Assembly (NCBI GenBank): GCA_012295275.1
Contig: CM022665.1
Location: forward strand, 46,004,001 to 46,068,000
DNA from: Chrysomallon squamiferum
Taxonomy: Eukaryota > Animalia > Mollusca
Direction of reading: 5' to 3'
DNA: 64,000 nt
A program made the position numbers and the translations under genes. Shown here piece by piece: positions 1-14,100 of this stretch (positions are counted from its first letter, which is position 1; the number at the start of each line of letters is the position of its first letter). Below the pieces are notes generated by a model. The model did not search any database. It had not been told where the DNA came from and was given only the letters and a program-made list of their open reading frames with translations.

Positions 1-12
1 TTTATTTATTTT

Positions 13-46
<34 letters not shown>

Positions 47-430
47 CAAATCTTAAAGGACCAGGTAAAAAATATTATCTGTTGCTCAAAAGAAACTAGC
101 TGAAAAGAATTCACAATAGAGTACCCTCCCCCCTTATTAAATGAATCCAAATTGTTCTGGTTCACAGCTCCATTGAACCTGTGTCCATCTCCAGTGCAGC
201 ACATTCCTTTTTTTTTAACCATTCTCTAAGACTGAAAAGAATTTTGATTAACAGTGGCAGGTGACTGAACAATAGAAGAAATTACAAACTTATTACCTTT
301 GTGGTTGCCTCAGAAATGCCTACTGCACACAAAGGATATTGCCCCTTTTTTGAACCACTGGACTAAATAAATTTAGCAGTGGAATGTTCCTGCAGATGCG
401 TTTTCTTCAAATGAATATATTTCAACAGCA

Positions 431-462
<32 letters not shown>

Positions 463-2321
463 CAGCAGCAGTAATAATAACAGAGTAATAATAAAGTGGC
501 AATAGCAATAATAATAATAAATACAGTCTTTTAGAGAACATCCATTTAAAATTTATTTCAAAATTTTTTTATAATTTGTGTACTTAAAATTATCTTTCCA
601 AATAAATTATTAAATTTAAATAATTTAAAAATATATATATATATATATATATATAAAAAGGTCAAATTCAAATACCAATAATAAATAATAAATATGATAT
701 ACTTCCAAAATCGTTACTACAAATTAAAAATAAAATTATAAATTCACATGGAGTACCAAAGTAAAGCTGATGTCATGGACTTCTATGACAAAAACATTTT
801 TGAATATGTACTGAAACCTTAAAATTGAATATTAAAAACTTTCATTTGGTGTGCCTTTATTTTTATTTGATAATAATGATAAATATTAATAATAAATTAA
901 TTCATTAATTCATAAATAAAGAACCCAAAAAGAGAACAGAATAAAACCATTCATTTGAGGATATTTTCAACTGTTTTTATTCATACACATATTAAGGTCA
1001 CATATATTTTTTTAACTGTCAGAATAGCTGTTTTTATGTTCTAGTAAAACTAAAAGCACACATACTCTGGTTTACAAACACATAAAACAAGATACACTCA
1101 CACTCAGTCATAATATCTAATTCTAAGGCAGTGCTAGTTAATACCAAAAATAAATACATTACAACTAATGAAAAATTTCATATGATTAAACCAACAGGGT
1201 TTTGACAAGATAATTTATAAACATTTCTCTGATAAATTCATTGATACTAAATATTAAAATGTAACACTGCCTTCAGTCTTTTTTTTTTCTTCTTTTCACT
1301 AAGACTTTCCAATGCAGTCTAACACAACACAGCAGGAAGTGACTGTTAACTTACTAACATACTTACCTCGCACTATAATTACCTGTACATAATTTGCAAT
1401 CAAGAATGGAAGCTTGAACAATCAGTAAAATGCTGAAGTCAATCTGCGCTTTCCCTCTTAAAATCTTCGTTCAAAGCAGTCATGGTGACAACAAGTTGAT
1501 TTATTGACAAGAAACAATCAGGATGTTCTTTACAAAGTTCAAGTTTGTATTTTTCAATGGTAGATCAATTCATTACCAGATCACCGTTTCATGTATGTTT
1601 TTTTGTTGTATCTTTCTTTCTTTTTTTGTTCTTTTTTTTAAATATTAGTTTCATATTTGGAAAAGATTATTTTATTTCTCAGTTTTATTTCTACAGTACG
1701 AAGTAAATTTATAGTACATTCTAGGACTTCATTTGTTTTGTTGTTTGTTTTTTTTTTTTTTTTTTTTTAAAATTCAAATATTATTAAAATCAGTATAAAA
1801 TTGTATTTAAATTTACAGGCAAGCTCTGTACAACACTGTATAAATGGAAATACTTTTGCATTACTTATTAAACATAACACACACACACATGTACACACCC
1901 ACACCCACAGATTCCTACTTCTGAATGACTGACAGTCTGCAACTTGCCGCCAATGAATAATTTGTTTTTACTATCAAAATGAATTAGAGTTCTTGGGGTT
2001 TTTTGTTTTTTTTGTTCCACAGAAAATTAATAATAAGCATACTGATCTCCACTAATCACTGTCAGGATTCCGCAAATCATTTAATTTATGAAATGTAATG
2101 ATGTTCTTGAAAATTCCAATATTTCCAGTATTTTCACAATGATATTTAGGTTCAAACCTTCAGTGAAACTCCATAGCTCTATAATTTGTATTAGAAATAT
2201 TTTATCACTTTTTCTTTGTGGTTTTTTTTTTTTTTTTTTTTTTTTTTTGTATTTAATTTCATGATTCTTTCTTTTTTTTTCACTGAATTATTCAAAAATA
2301 GTTTCTCTCAAAATTCTGAAT

Positions 2322-2387
<66 letters not shown>

Positions 2388-3705
2388 ACATATTGCTATA
2401 CATTGTATGCTGTGACAATGACTTTAATTATTTTATTTTTGATCTTTTTTTTAATTCAATTTTCTAGCAGTTCAATTTTAATCGTGTAAAAGACATCACA
2501 ATTTTCCACAAAACTTTTTATAATATGGTCCTCCTTATATGTAGCTTGTAAAATAAACAAGTTGTTATTTATATGTCAAGATATCTCATTTAAATGAATG
2601 TCAATGAATCAGAAAATGATGCTAACTGGATGTATGTATGTATGTATGATGACTTCATGCAAGAAATTTTAACAGGTTCCCATTTTATGAATTTTTATAT
2701 AATTATATGTATATATATATACATAACAGATTGTTATCTCTGTAATGCATCAACTGATTTTAAATACTATAACACTTTTTTAATCAGTATTTAGTGTAAT
2801 TCATTAACATTATACGTGTCACTAAATTGTTTAAATAATAATGTTATTTGATAGGATTATCAAAATAACATGCAGCTTTATTATACTAAAAAAAATATAT
2901 AATAAAAATCATTTGCAAAATTAAATTTCCTGTTTCAAGAACAATTTGGGTATTAGGTGGTCAGAAGTTGCAACTGATGATGTACTATCAACAATTTAAT
3001 ACATTTCTGAGGTTTTTTAAAGTTTATTTTTTTTTTTTTTTTCTCTCTCTCTCCTTGGAAAGCTGCCAAGAAGTCAAAGTCCATAACCTACGCATGACCA
3101 CATATTATGCTCTCTATGTTTATCCACTATGTTTTGTTTCATGTTTGCAAGTGAAATTTACTACTGCAGAATTTTTATTTTTTATATGCATATGACCAGT
3201 TAGATCACATCTGTCAAGTTTGGAAGGTAACATCACAGTACTCGATAGATTTGCCCCAAATATCATACAACAGATGGCAATGTAGTTAAACAAAACAAAA
3301 CTGAAAGGCTGACCCTAACATTCCAATCTGAAAGGTTAAAATAAAGAGCAAACAGAAAATTCTTCTCATTAACTAATACTGTAGTTATTTAATGATGCCA
3401 GAGTAATAATATGTCAATTAAAAATTTATTTTGCAAGCTTCATATCTAATTATGTAAATCCAGTTACATAACACAAGATGGATATGACATTTTCAATGCC
3501 AGCACAACTGAAAAACTACAGAATATATATAGACATTTGCATTCACAGTACTGATTTAAAAACACTGTGATATATCATAAATTTGTAGTATTATAATTTT
3601 ATGTAAATATGTCGATACAGAAACTTATACTTAAATCACTGATAATCTTTTTTCTTTCATTTTTTTTTTTCTCAGTAATTTGTAACCATTAACATTAAGT
3701 TTCAA

Positions 3706-3741
<36 letters not shown>

Positions 3742-5119
3742 ACATTTCAGCTTCACATGTTCCCTAATTTCAAGTTATGTGAAAACCAGTTTTCTTCAGA
3801 TGCAATTGCTTTAATGTCCAGACAATGTCAAATTAAATTATAGTATGCAGTAACAAAAACTATATATACATTTAAAAAATAATAACAACAACCCACAAAT
3901 CCCTTTAAATTATCTTATAGCCAAAACAAAAAAGCACATTTAGTCTGTTGGTGAAGATGTTAAAGAATGATTCAGCAATACCCTCTTATAATATATTCCA
4001 GAGTTGGAGCGAGCTATTTTTTCCTGATCATCTAAATTCTTTTCTTATTTTCTCCAATTTTACTTTGTTTATTTTAACATTAACATATTTATACACTAGA
4101 CAACACACTGCAGTTGTTGATCTTTAAGTGGCTACAGCAGCCAAATGAAGACAACCCCACTGATATACACTAACAGTAAATTGAAGAAAAAAAAAAAAAA
4201 TAAAACTGTACACATACTTCATTATTACTTCTAATCTCTTATTTGGAAGATGCTTCAGTATGGTCAATATTTGTTTCCAATTTTTTTTTTCTTTGTTTTT
4301 AAATATTTTTAAGAACTATGATTAATAAAAAGTAAAAAAATCCATGAAACAACAGAAATCTTTTATATGCAAAGATAATGATATACACATCCACCAAATA
4401 CCAATTATTCCAATGTATTCAATTATTTAAAATTCACAAATTATAAATCCAAATATAGGCACAGATGAGCAGTAATGGTATGCTACTGAATCAGTAAAAC
4501 TGTGTTTACTTGATCTTGTTAAAAGAGAATTATATGTGTGTGTGTATATATATATATATATATCTAAATTTGTTAAGTTTTCGGACAATTCACTCAGTCC
4601 TTGTCAGTGTCAAATCGCAAAGTCGTGAATGCTCCTGCCTTGTTCGGAAGGGGCATAATAAATGAATAAACTGGATATTGGCTACTACATTAATTTATTT
4701 CTAGTAAAACTATACAACACATAATGATTTAAGATGACATCATGATATACTAAAACACAAATGACCAAATAAACAACATTCAACAGATGAGATTTCCATC
4801 CCATAATTCAAGATTCTAAATCAACAGAGGTTACCACCACGACACAGAACTAAAATGTTTTTTAAAAAAAATAATAATTCATAATCGAACGAATCCAGAT
4901 GTTTTATATAAATATTTTTTTTCCAGTTCTACGAGTACTTCTGCTTTGGTCGTAAAAATTGACTCATTTTCATAAAAAGTGTAGGACAAAATTAATCCAA
5001 AAAAAAGGAAAAAAAAAGGGGTAGTTACTTAACATTCATGATAATGCAATAATGTTTAAAAATTGTTTTGTTTCATTCAGCACAGAAATGTAAAAAAAAA
5101 AAAAAATGTCAGTGCAGTT

Positions 5120-8100
5120 TCAGAATCGTCGCATTCTCTTCATGTCTCCAAAGTTGTCACGTGGTCCTGCTTCACGTCGCCGATTCATTCCTTCTTCACC
5201 TCGCTCCCCTCTCATGCCTGGACCACCCCCCATTCCTTGGTTGCCAAACATATTAGCAGGGCTTCCGCCCATGGGTCCCCCTGGACCGCCCATGTTGCCT
5301 GACTTGGGGCCAAACTGACCCTCGCTGTTACCTACAGGTGGCTGATCAAAGCGACTTGGTCGCTGTGGTGACCAGTGATATTAAGTGTAATGGTATAAGG
5401 TTTCACACAAAGTGTCGAGCACAGTTCAAAACAGTCACAGGAGATATATCGTATTTTAAGGTCAGCAAATCGCAGCAAACATCAGATCGAAGAAGAACAT
5501 GGAGAGAAAGGGAAAAAAATTACATCATTAATTGTCAGACTAAAAAGTCAATCAAAAATAAAAGCATGTACAAAATATTTTCTGTTGTGCAGATACGTTT
5601 TAATTAATATTTGCTAAAGGGTTTTTTTTTCTTTCCTTTCTTCTTTGATGCAGGATCAGCTGCAAAACAGATTTTTGTATACAAAATGTTATAAACAGTT
5701 AAAAAAAAATATATATATATATGAATCGTCAGTACAGAATGTGTCACTCAACAGGATTGCATTTGGTAAAAACATTTGGTAAAGACTTGTACATAGTCTA
5801 CATCACAGGTAAAAACTGGGTGAAAAGACACCTCACAAATTATTAGCATAATAAAATTTTATCACTGGTTTAAGTAATTGCTCAATTATATTAACTAAGC
5901 ACACGGTATAAAAAATCTTCCAAAATTCTCACACACAATTTCATAAAGTTCAAAACAACAACTTCTGAAGCTTTACAAGAGAACTGAAAGTCAAAATACA
6001 CCATTCTAGTGAGATATCAGTCAGGTAATGAATCATGACCTATAGATAATATAAGTAAGTGTGAAGATTATAAATATATAGTTACAGGTACTTGTAAAAT
6101 GTGTAGTTATGATGTTAGTCTCCAGAAACATCTGAACCATAACAAATCAAATATGAAAAGCTGTAAAAACCCTAACAAAGGATAAATATATATATTCAAT
6201 GCTTCTTCATGTAATTAATGGTGCTTATACAGTCACAGGCTATGAACAGACCTCAGAAGTCACAAGTGCAATTCTCTTACTATTAATCTTTCAGAAACAT
6301 TTGACTTAGTATTTTGTTTTTATAACTTATTTAATTTAAATTTTACATTTATGCTCAAATAATGTGCATGAAATCAATCTGCAATGAACTGATTTGTGAA
6401 CCAAGATAAAATGTACACAAAGGAATGATTATATAAATGAATGACCAGGTATAATGTTATATACAGAAACAATTTTTTTTATCTTATTATTATTTTCTTC
6501 TTTTTTTTCAAATTTCCTGTTCATTATTTTATAAATGTTAAAGTAAGTTATAATTTTTTTTATAAATACTATTTTTAAAACACAGAAGACAAAAAAATAA
6601 AAAATAAGATGAAAAATGATGAAGAAAGCTGATAATAATGTCAACTATTAAAGATGTTTTGTTGTTTGTTAATGTGTGCAAGTGTCCCATTTTACATTTC
6701 TCCAGTTCATAATACTGATGTTAACACTGAAATTGAAATATCATTCAATCTTAACACTGATAATAGTTAAGAAGCAGTTCCCAACTGTTACCAGTATTTT
6801 AATTTTACAGCTTCAGTTATGTTAAATATATACAAATCCCAGGAACTGTAATAAAGTGTGATTTTTATATGCTGTAGAAGATAGTATAGGAATTGTAAAA
6901 AAATAATTGTTGCTACTAAATACAAGCAATATACACTAGTTAATGAAACAAAGTCCTTGAATAGGATTATCATCATCATGCAACATCTGTATGATCATAG
7001 ATGATCATCAAGTAGATGAAGTGAATGAATCTGAACCATTTATTTTTAAAACAACTAAACAAGTGTGTGAATACAAGGCACACCATCTCACAGTACAAAA
7101 ATAACAATGATTGTTTTATTAATTTAAAAAAAGTAGTTATTCTAAGGAACTTTTTGAATACTGTTATTTTTATCTGTCAAATCAAAATTGTGTCAAGAAA
7201 ATAATTTAAAAAAATTATAAAATAAAAACCAGTCTACATAACCTCCATGACAGTGACAGAATTAACAAAAACAGAAACAAATTTTAAACACAAAAAGGAA
7301 AATTCAGTAAATGTTTTTTTTTTTTTTTTTTTTTTTTTTTCTTATTATTCTTGTAAAGCTATATATGGGGGTTTTTAATAAAAAATTTTGTATCTTATTA
7401 ATGTAGGATAATTTTTCCTATATGTTCAGTGTGTACCTTTGTTATCATTTTAAAACAGCACAAACATCTAACATTATCAAACAGCAGTTTGTGCTATAAG
7501 ACATGTTCTAAGGTTCAAATATAAGTAGTTCTGTGATATATATATCTTACTTTCATGATCAGTTAAAAACACAAAATAAAGACAACAATTGCTACATTGT
7601 CATGACTAATAATAATAATATACCCAAAAAATTAATAAGCCACACATCAGGTACTGACTATAAAAAGCACACAGTGACCACACAACCAGTTCTTTCTTTT
7701 AAGCATTAACAGATTTTCACAAGACGTCAAACCCATACCATCAACAGCAGCAACAAATGATGTGTGATAAAGTATGCGTAAATAACTGCAAAATTAAGTA
7801 CAAGATCCTGGGTGACACATCTATAATGAGATTCACATTTCTGTTACAAAAGACACATTTACTTATATCTGCACAACAGACTGAAAGACAACATTATTCA
7901 TGCAAATAATACGTAATACCAATGTTTTAACTTGTGGCCCTTGCTTCAGGAAAAAACCATAGAGGGATGCAGCACGTTCATATTATGACAAGTCCTGAAA
8001 ACAAACAATACAGCTTCTGCAAGTTGTACAGTTGTGAGAAATATGGTTCGAGCAAATATTTGTGATTTATTAAGAAATATTGAGAAATATGGTTGGAACA

Positions 8101-8301
8101 AATATTTGTTAAGTATTGCATGTTTTTCACTGCTGCATACCAAGTCTGGAATGCATATCAAGTCTGTTTATAAAAAGTCATAGTAATAAATAAAATAAAA
8201 CTCTACTTGGCACAAATTTATTGCTTTTCTGTGTATGCATATTGTGTGTTTTGTGTTGTATATGCATGTTTGCATGACCATTACATCTTCAAAAAAATAA
8301 A

Positions 8302-8332
<31 letters not shown>

Positions 8333-8985
8333 TAGGTTTTGTTTCACATAAACTGTACCAATTTCTCACTGCTTGTACCCAAATGAACTGAGTATTAAAT
8401 GATTTTTATAAAACATTCTGACCAACAACACTGTATTTGATACTCAACCACATGTTCTTAAAGTTAATTGAATACATCACAGAAACAAATAAATCAAAAT
8501 TTCTTGGTTTTTTTTATTATTCCTTTTCTTAATAAGTCCTGTTGACTTTTTCATATTATTATTATTATTATAAATATATATATAAGAGTTATTCCTCATT
8601 CCCATCCCCAAAAATATGAAAGAAAGGAAGCATACGTATACAAAACAGGTAACCAGCTACACCAATTTCACTGATGAAGTTTTGTTTCCTTTTAAGTGGC
8701 TAACACATGTGAAGTAAATAGGATCCACACTGTTTAATTTATATATTCAAATATTTTTGTTATGTCAAAGATAAAAGTATGAGTAAATGAAAATTAAACT
8801 TTCTACTTTCAAAAATTTCAATACAGTTTAATCTAAAGAGAAAATTAAATACCATCTGTTAATTCAATGTCTCTAAAATCATGCTCTGATATGATGAACA
8901 AAAATTTAAATGATCAGTGAATAGTGATTTTTGTAATTCCCATTAAGATTTAAAAATGAGAAAATAAAATATCCTGCATTTTTTT

Positions 8986-9029
<44 letters not shown>

Positions 9030-9850
9030 TGTTGTGTGTAATAAATGTACATGCAGATCCAGAGAATATAAAAACATATGATATCATTAAACCTCTGAAA
9101 ACACCATTCGATATATATTTTGGCAGAAATCTTCAGGTCTTGCAAATTTTACCTACGTAATCAGAAAATCTCCATAAATCACTAAGAAATACAAATACTA
9201 GCAACACCTTCCCCTCCCTTGCAACAATATGCGATGATAAAACCACCATTAAACCAACATGCCAGACCGTGTACACATGGACTGAAGTCAAGGGCCACAA
9301 GTCAATAAATAACTAGCTGTGTTTGTATATTCAAGAAAGATAATTAAAACATATCAAGTATTTCAAAAACAAAAACAAACAAAAATAATAATAAATCACA
9401 CAAGTGTTGAGAGTTTTAATAAAGCACCACAATTTACTGTGGAATTTTATGTGTCGGTTGTAACATACGGATCTTCTGGTATGTCAATTATTTAATGGGT
9501 TAAATAAAACATGACATGTTGAGTAAAAGAAAACATTTCTGATATCTGGTAAGAGAAATATCACCATTATCATTGTGATCACAAACCATGAAGACAAAGA
9601 TGTACTGAAATACATACAGGCGTGTTAATGAAGTAAAAAAAAAATGTCAGTGTAATCTGTTCAACATAAGACTTGGTTAGAATACCTTTTCATATATGGT
9701 ATTAAAGCAGATAAAAAAATATATATATTTATTAAACAGACTTATTCATGTATGTTGTTAGTTAAAGTGGATAGAAAGAATTCAGATTCCATTTTAAATT
9801 TAGGAACACAGAATAAAAATATGAAACAAGACTGTCGTTTTCTTCTTTCT

Positions 9851-9894
<44 letters not shown>

Positions 9895-11105
9895 CTGGAA
9901 ACCACAAAGCTATCTACAACAATCTTATAGAGTGTAGTGGTTTGTTCTGTTAATAAATGTGAAATATATATCAGACTGATGCTAATTCCTTATACAAGAC
10001 TGTGGTAATTAAAAAAAAAAAAAGGAAAATTTTTCTCAACATATAAAATACAAAACTTTGGTTATGATTAAGTGATATGAAATGTGTAATAAAGAATCAG
10101 TTGCAACCTGTCCATTCAAATTCAGTGAGCTAATTTAATACACCATGTTAAAATCATATAGACAAGTAAATGGACAATTTACATGTTTATCTCTTTGGAG
10201 TTGGGTTTTTTCATTATTTAAACATGACAGAGATTGAAAAAGCAGTGACTGTCATTTCCTGGTGTTTGATTTGCAGAGAAATTAGAAATTTAATTGTTTA
10301 CAAATTCTCCACAAAATACGATAGTAAATCAATACCAAATTTGGGGAATGGTATTATCACTTCTTTTTTTATATATATATATATATATATTTAAGTTAAA
10401 TTTTTTTTTTTCAGAGAGTCCACTAATTTATTCTGAAGGTTCTTTAGTAAGCATATGGATTTATTACTGATGCAATATACACTGAATCACGAGAGAGAAG
10501 AAAAAAAAAAATGAATTCTACAGTTTCACCATACTATTATTTCAAGTTCTCTGATAATTTTATAATGATACTGATACATGCTGAGAGAAGACCAGAATCA
10601 TCTCACAATTTTTAGAAAAACGAACAGTGAAACAGTTCAACATGAAATGCTCTCCATGTTTAGTCGGGTAACTGAAAATGAAGATCTTCAAACATCTGGG
10701 AAATGAAGAAGAAGAAAAAAGAAAAAAAAAAAAAAAAAAAAAAAAATAGAAAGAAAGAAAAAGACAGACTGACAGGCAAACTAAAGATACATTACCATTT
10801 GGTTTTGATTCATAGCAGGTATGTTCCCTGATCCACTGCCTGGTTTTCCCTGGTTCTCCATATTCGGACCTCCACCCATTTTCCCATCTCCCATATTTCC
10901 AGAAAAACCAGGACCTTGCATCTACAAAACAAAAGCTTATATATTCACAAAACAAATAGCAAGCAGGGATGATACGAACATATATATATGTCATGCATGG
11001 GGGGGTGGAGGATGTGAAAACAAACAAAGCAAGCAAACAAAGCAAGCAAAATATGCATCCATCTTCATGAAAGTCAAAAGGAAATGAATGAGCAAAAAGA
11101 AAGAA

Positions 11106-11145
<40 letters not shown>

Positions 11146-14100
11146 AAAAAAGCCCAGACACTTCTAAGCCAGCATTATGCATATATTTATGTGTAGCAAC
11201 ATGACTAAAAATGGGTGGGATACGGTTCAGGTTGATCAGCTTTTACAACAGCACAGTCTGTTCAGTTAACCTAACAGAAAACATGATAAACAGTATCTGT
11301 ACATTTTTGACACTAAAAATACTGATATTCTTACTTTATGTCGTCAGCAAATAATTCTGTGACAAATGAGAATGTTCACGTACCTGGTTTGGTCTGTTTC
11401 TGTCAATACCCATGCCAACAGGCGGGGCTGGTGGAGGAGGCAGGGGTGCAGAGTTCTCTCTCCCTGGTCTGGGTCCCTGGCCATCCCTAATTCCACCCTG
11501 AAAACAAAACATAGATAAATGTTAATTTTATTCTTTTTTTTTTCCCCTAACTTATATTAACTAAAAACATTTCATAAAGTTTAAATTTCCAAAAATTAAA
11601 CTCAATCTGTAGTTAAATAAATAATAAAAACTACAATTTTTACATTTAAGCGATAGAAGAAAATCAAAATATCAACAATGTAAACTTTTTAAAACAAATT
11701 TTGGTGAAAAACAAGCCATTAATTAGCAACAGATAAATAACATCCATTTCATGAAAATGATGGACTGAAGAATCCTTCATAAACAATTAATTCAAAAACG
11801 TATTGTTTTTATTAAAACGTCTCTCAGTTATAGAAATCTTCAAACATGACATATTTTGCAGTTAATCTTTGCATTATAATGTTCTGAAAAAAAAAAAAAA
11901 AAAAAAAAAAAACCTGGCAAAAAGTACTTTCAATATTTTCTTCAGACAACTTTCAATAAAATCAATAAATGGACCAGATAAATAAAATAAAAAATAAAAA
12001 ATAAAATATTTAGAAATAATAATAATAATAAAAAAACAAACCTTGGACATCATTTCCTCACGATTGCCGGGTCCCCATGGTGTGGACCCATCCAGACGAT
12101 GAGCCATCATGAACATCTGCTGTCTGCGCTGTTCATCTTCCTTTCGCAGATGTTCCTGCTGACGTTGTCTGTAAAATAAAACATTCAAATTTATTCATGT
12201 CACAAATGTTCTTCTTAAAAAAAAAAAAAAAAAAATTCATGCCTGCATGTATGTGTGTGTTTTTTATGATTAACAATAAAGAACACATTACACACACAAA
12301 ATGAATTAATCTTTAAAGTCAGAGAAACATGTAACAGTAACTTCAGATGTTATTAAATAACAAACATGAATGTAAATTTTTTTTTTTTAAAAATGTAGCA
12401 AATGTTACAACACTACTTTAATAAATTTTAAAAAGTATTATACATTTTGTTTTGTGTTTTCAATAAAATCAAATATTATGGTATTTATTTTTAAGCAAAT
12501 CCCATTTAGTATTTCCCATTATCAATCAAGATTAACAAAGTGTTTAACATTCTAAATTACGTTACATTTTACCAAACAAAATAAAATAACAAATATATTT
12601 GAAAAATGGTTGAAATTATTTAAATTACCTCATCTCAAGTTCCTGGTGACGCCTCATCATGTCTTGTTGTCTGTGTTCTTCAAGACGTCGCAGTTCCTCT
12701 TGTTGCCTCATCAGATCTGAAGTTAAAAAACAAACACAATGAATTACCTCGAGTTAAAGAGCTAATTTTAAACCAAATACATGCTGCATGATACCACACT
12801 GTTTTAACACTAAATCTTACTTATCGCAAAAAAAAAAAATCCCGATCAATCAAAAAGGATAGAAAAGAAAAGTAAAAAAAAGAAATAAATTAAATGGATG
12901 TACAATCAAGCAATTAGGCAAGTTGCAGCAACATTTGTTTTGTCTACAACCTACGACATCTTCTGGGTGGTGGTTGAATGGGATTTTGTTTTAATTTTTT
13001 TTTTTAAATTAGAGTGAATAATTAAGAGTGATGTCACCATCCACAATTTGTTTTATTATATATGCAGGTAATATACATGTGCATGTGTGTCTATATATAT
13101 ATATATAAATAAACTAAGAAGCTGAAGCAGAACCGAATAGTCTCATGCAGACAATAAGTTTATTTAGATAAAAAAATAATACCCACAAACAACAGACAGA
13201 CAATAATTCTTTACCTTGTCGGATCTGCTCAGCCTGATACTCATACAGAGCACTCTGCATCTCCTCTTCCAGTTTCAGCCTGGCCTCCTCCGTCTCCTTT
13301 TTCACCAAGTCGTGTCTCTCCTTCTCTAGCTCCTCTATCTGACGCCAACGCAGACCAAACTCGTACTCGAATGTTCCTGGATGAGCGAACCGAGGTTCCT
13401 GTTCTCTTTCCCTGAAAAGAAATATTTTTTTAAAATCAAATAAAGAGGTGACAAAACAAATATATATAAAAAAAAAAAAAATCATTCGTTTTCTGGCTAG
13501 TATTAAAAATATTTCATTCTATTATTAGAAATAACTTTTCGTTCAAGTTTTAGACATAATGCAGAATATGTGTGTATGTTGATGTGATTCTTATAAAAAT
13601 GTAACCATATATATTAATTTGCAATCATTATAATAACCTAATCACACAAGTGAGATTTTATTTTAATTATTTAAATTTTGTTTTTAATATTTTAAAAATA
13701 AAGTAAGAAAAACAGAAACTTACTTCTTATACTGTTCATTTTTGTTTATAAACTTCTCTGGCATTCCATCTTCCTCATCTTTCTGTTCAAGTGGCTCGAC
13801 TATAACTGGACGAGGAGAACTGCAGGATTAAAACAAAACAAAAATTTGTGTAAATATTAGTTTTTTCCAGTTACAGACATTTCCATCTCCAGCATAGTTT
13901 AAATAGATAACAACAACAACAACAAAACAAAACAAAAATGTGTTTCAAATAAATATTTATACAAGTTAAAATGACCACAAATGGAGATTATGGTGAAAAT
14001 CAGTTCAATTCAAATTTTCTGAAAATCTTTTTTTAACTACATGCTAAAAATGTCTACATTCTAACTTGACACAAGTCCCACTATAGATGAAGAATAATTA

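Noticed and set aside
310-360. Minus-strand peptide QWFKKGAISFVCSRHF resembling the THAP C-terminal motif
   Set aside because: Bounded by stops, with no N-terminal CxxxxC or AVPT box; too short to call
5063-5318. Plus-strand ORFs 5063-5302, 5068-5256 and 5106-5318 (Pro-rich)
   Set aside because: Antisense shadows of the Gly/Met-rich last DBHS exon on the minus strand
2216-10394. Many 60-90 aa F/I/Y/K-rich ORFs in UTR and intron sequence (also at 39.4-43.4 kb and 52-60 kb)
   Set aside because: Products of poly-T/A and (CA)n/(TA)n/(AAT)n microsatellites; no coding signal
10560-11111. ORFs 10560-11111 (-) and 10821-11087 (+)
   Set aside because: Wrong-frame or antisense readings over DBHS exon 8 plus low-complexity intron
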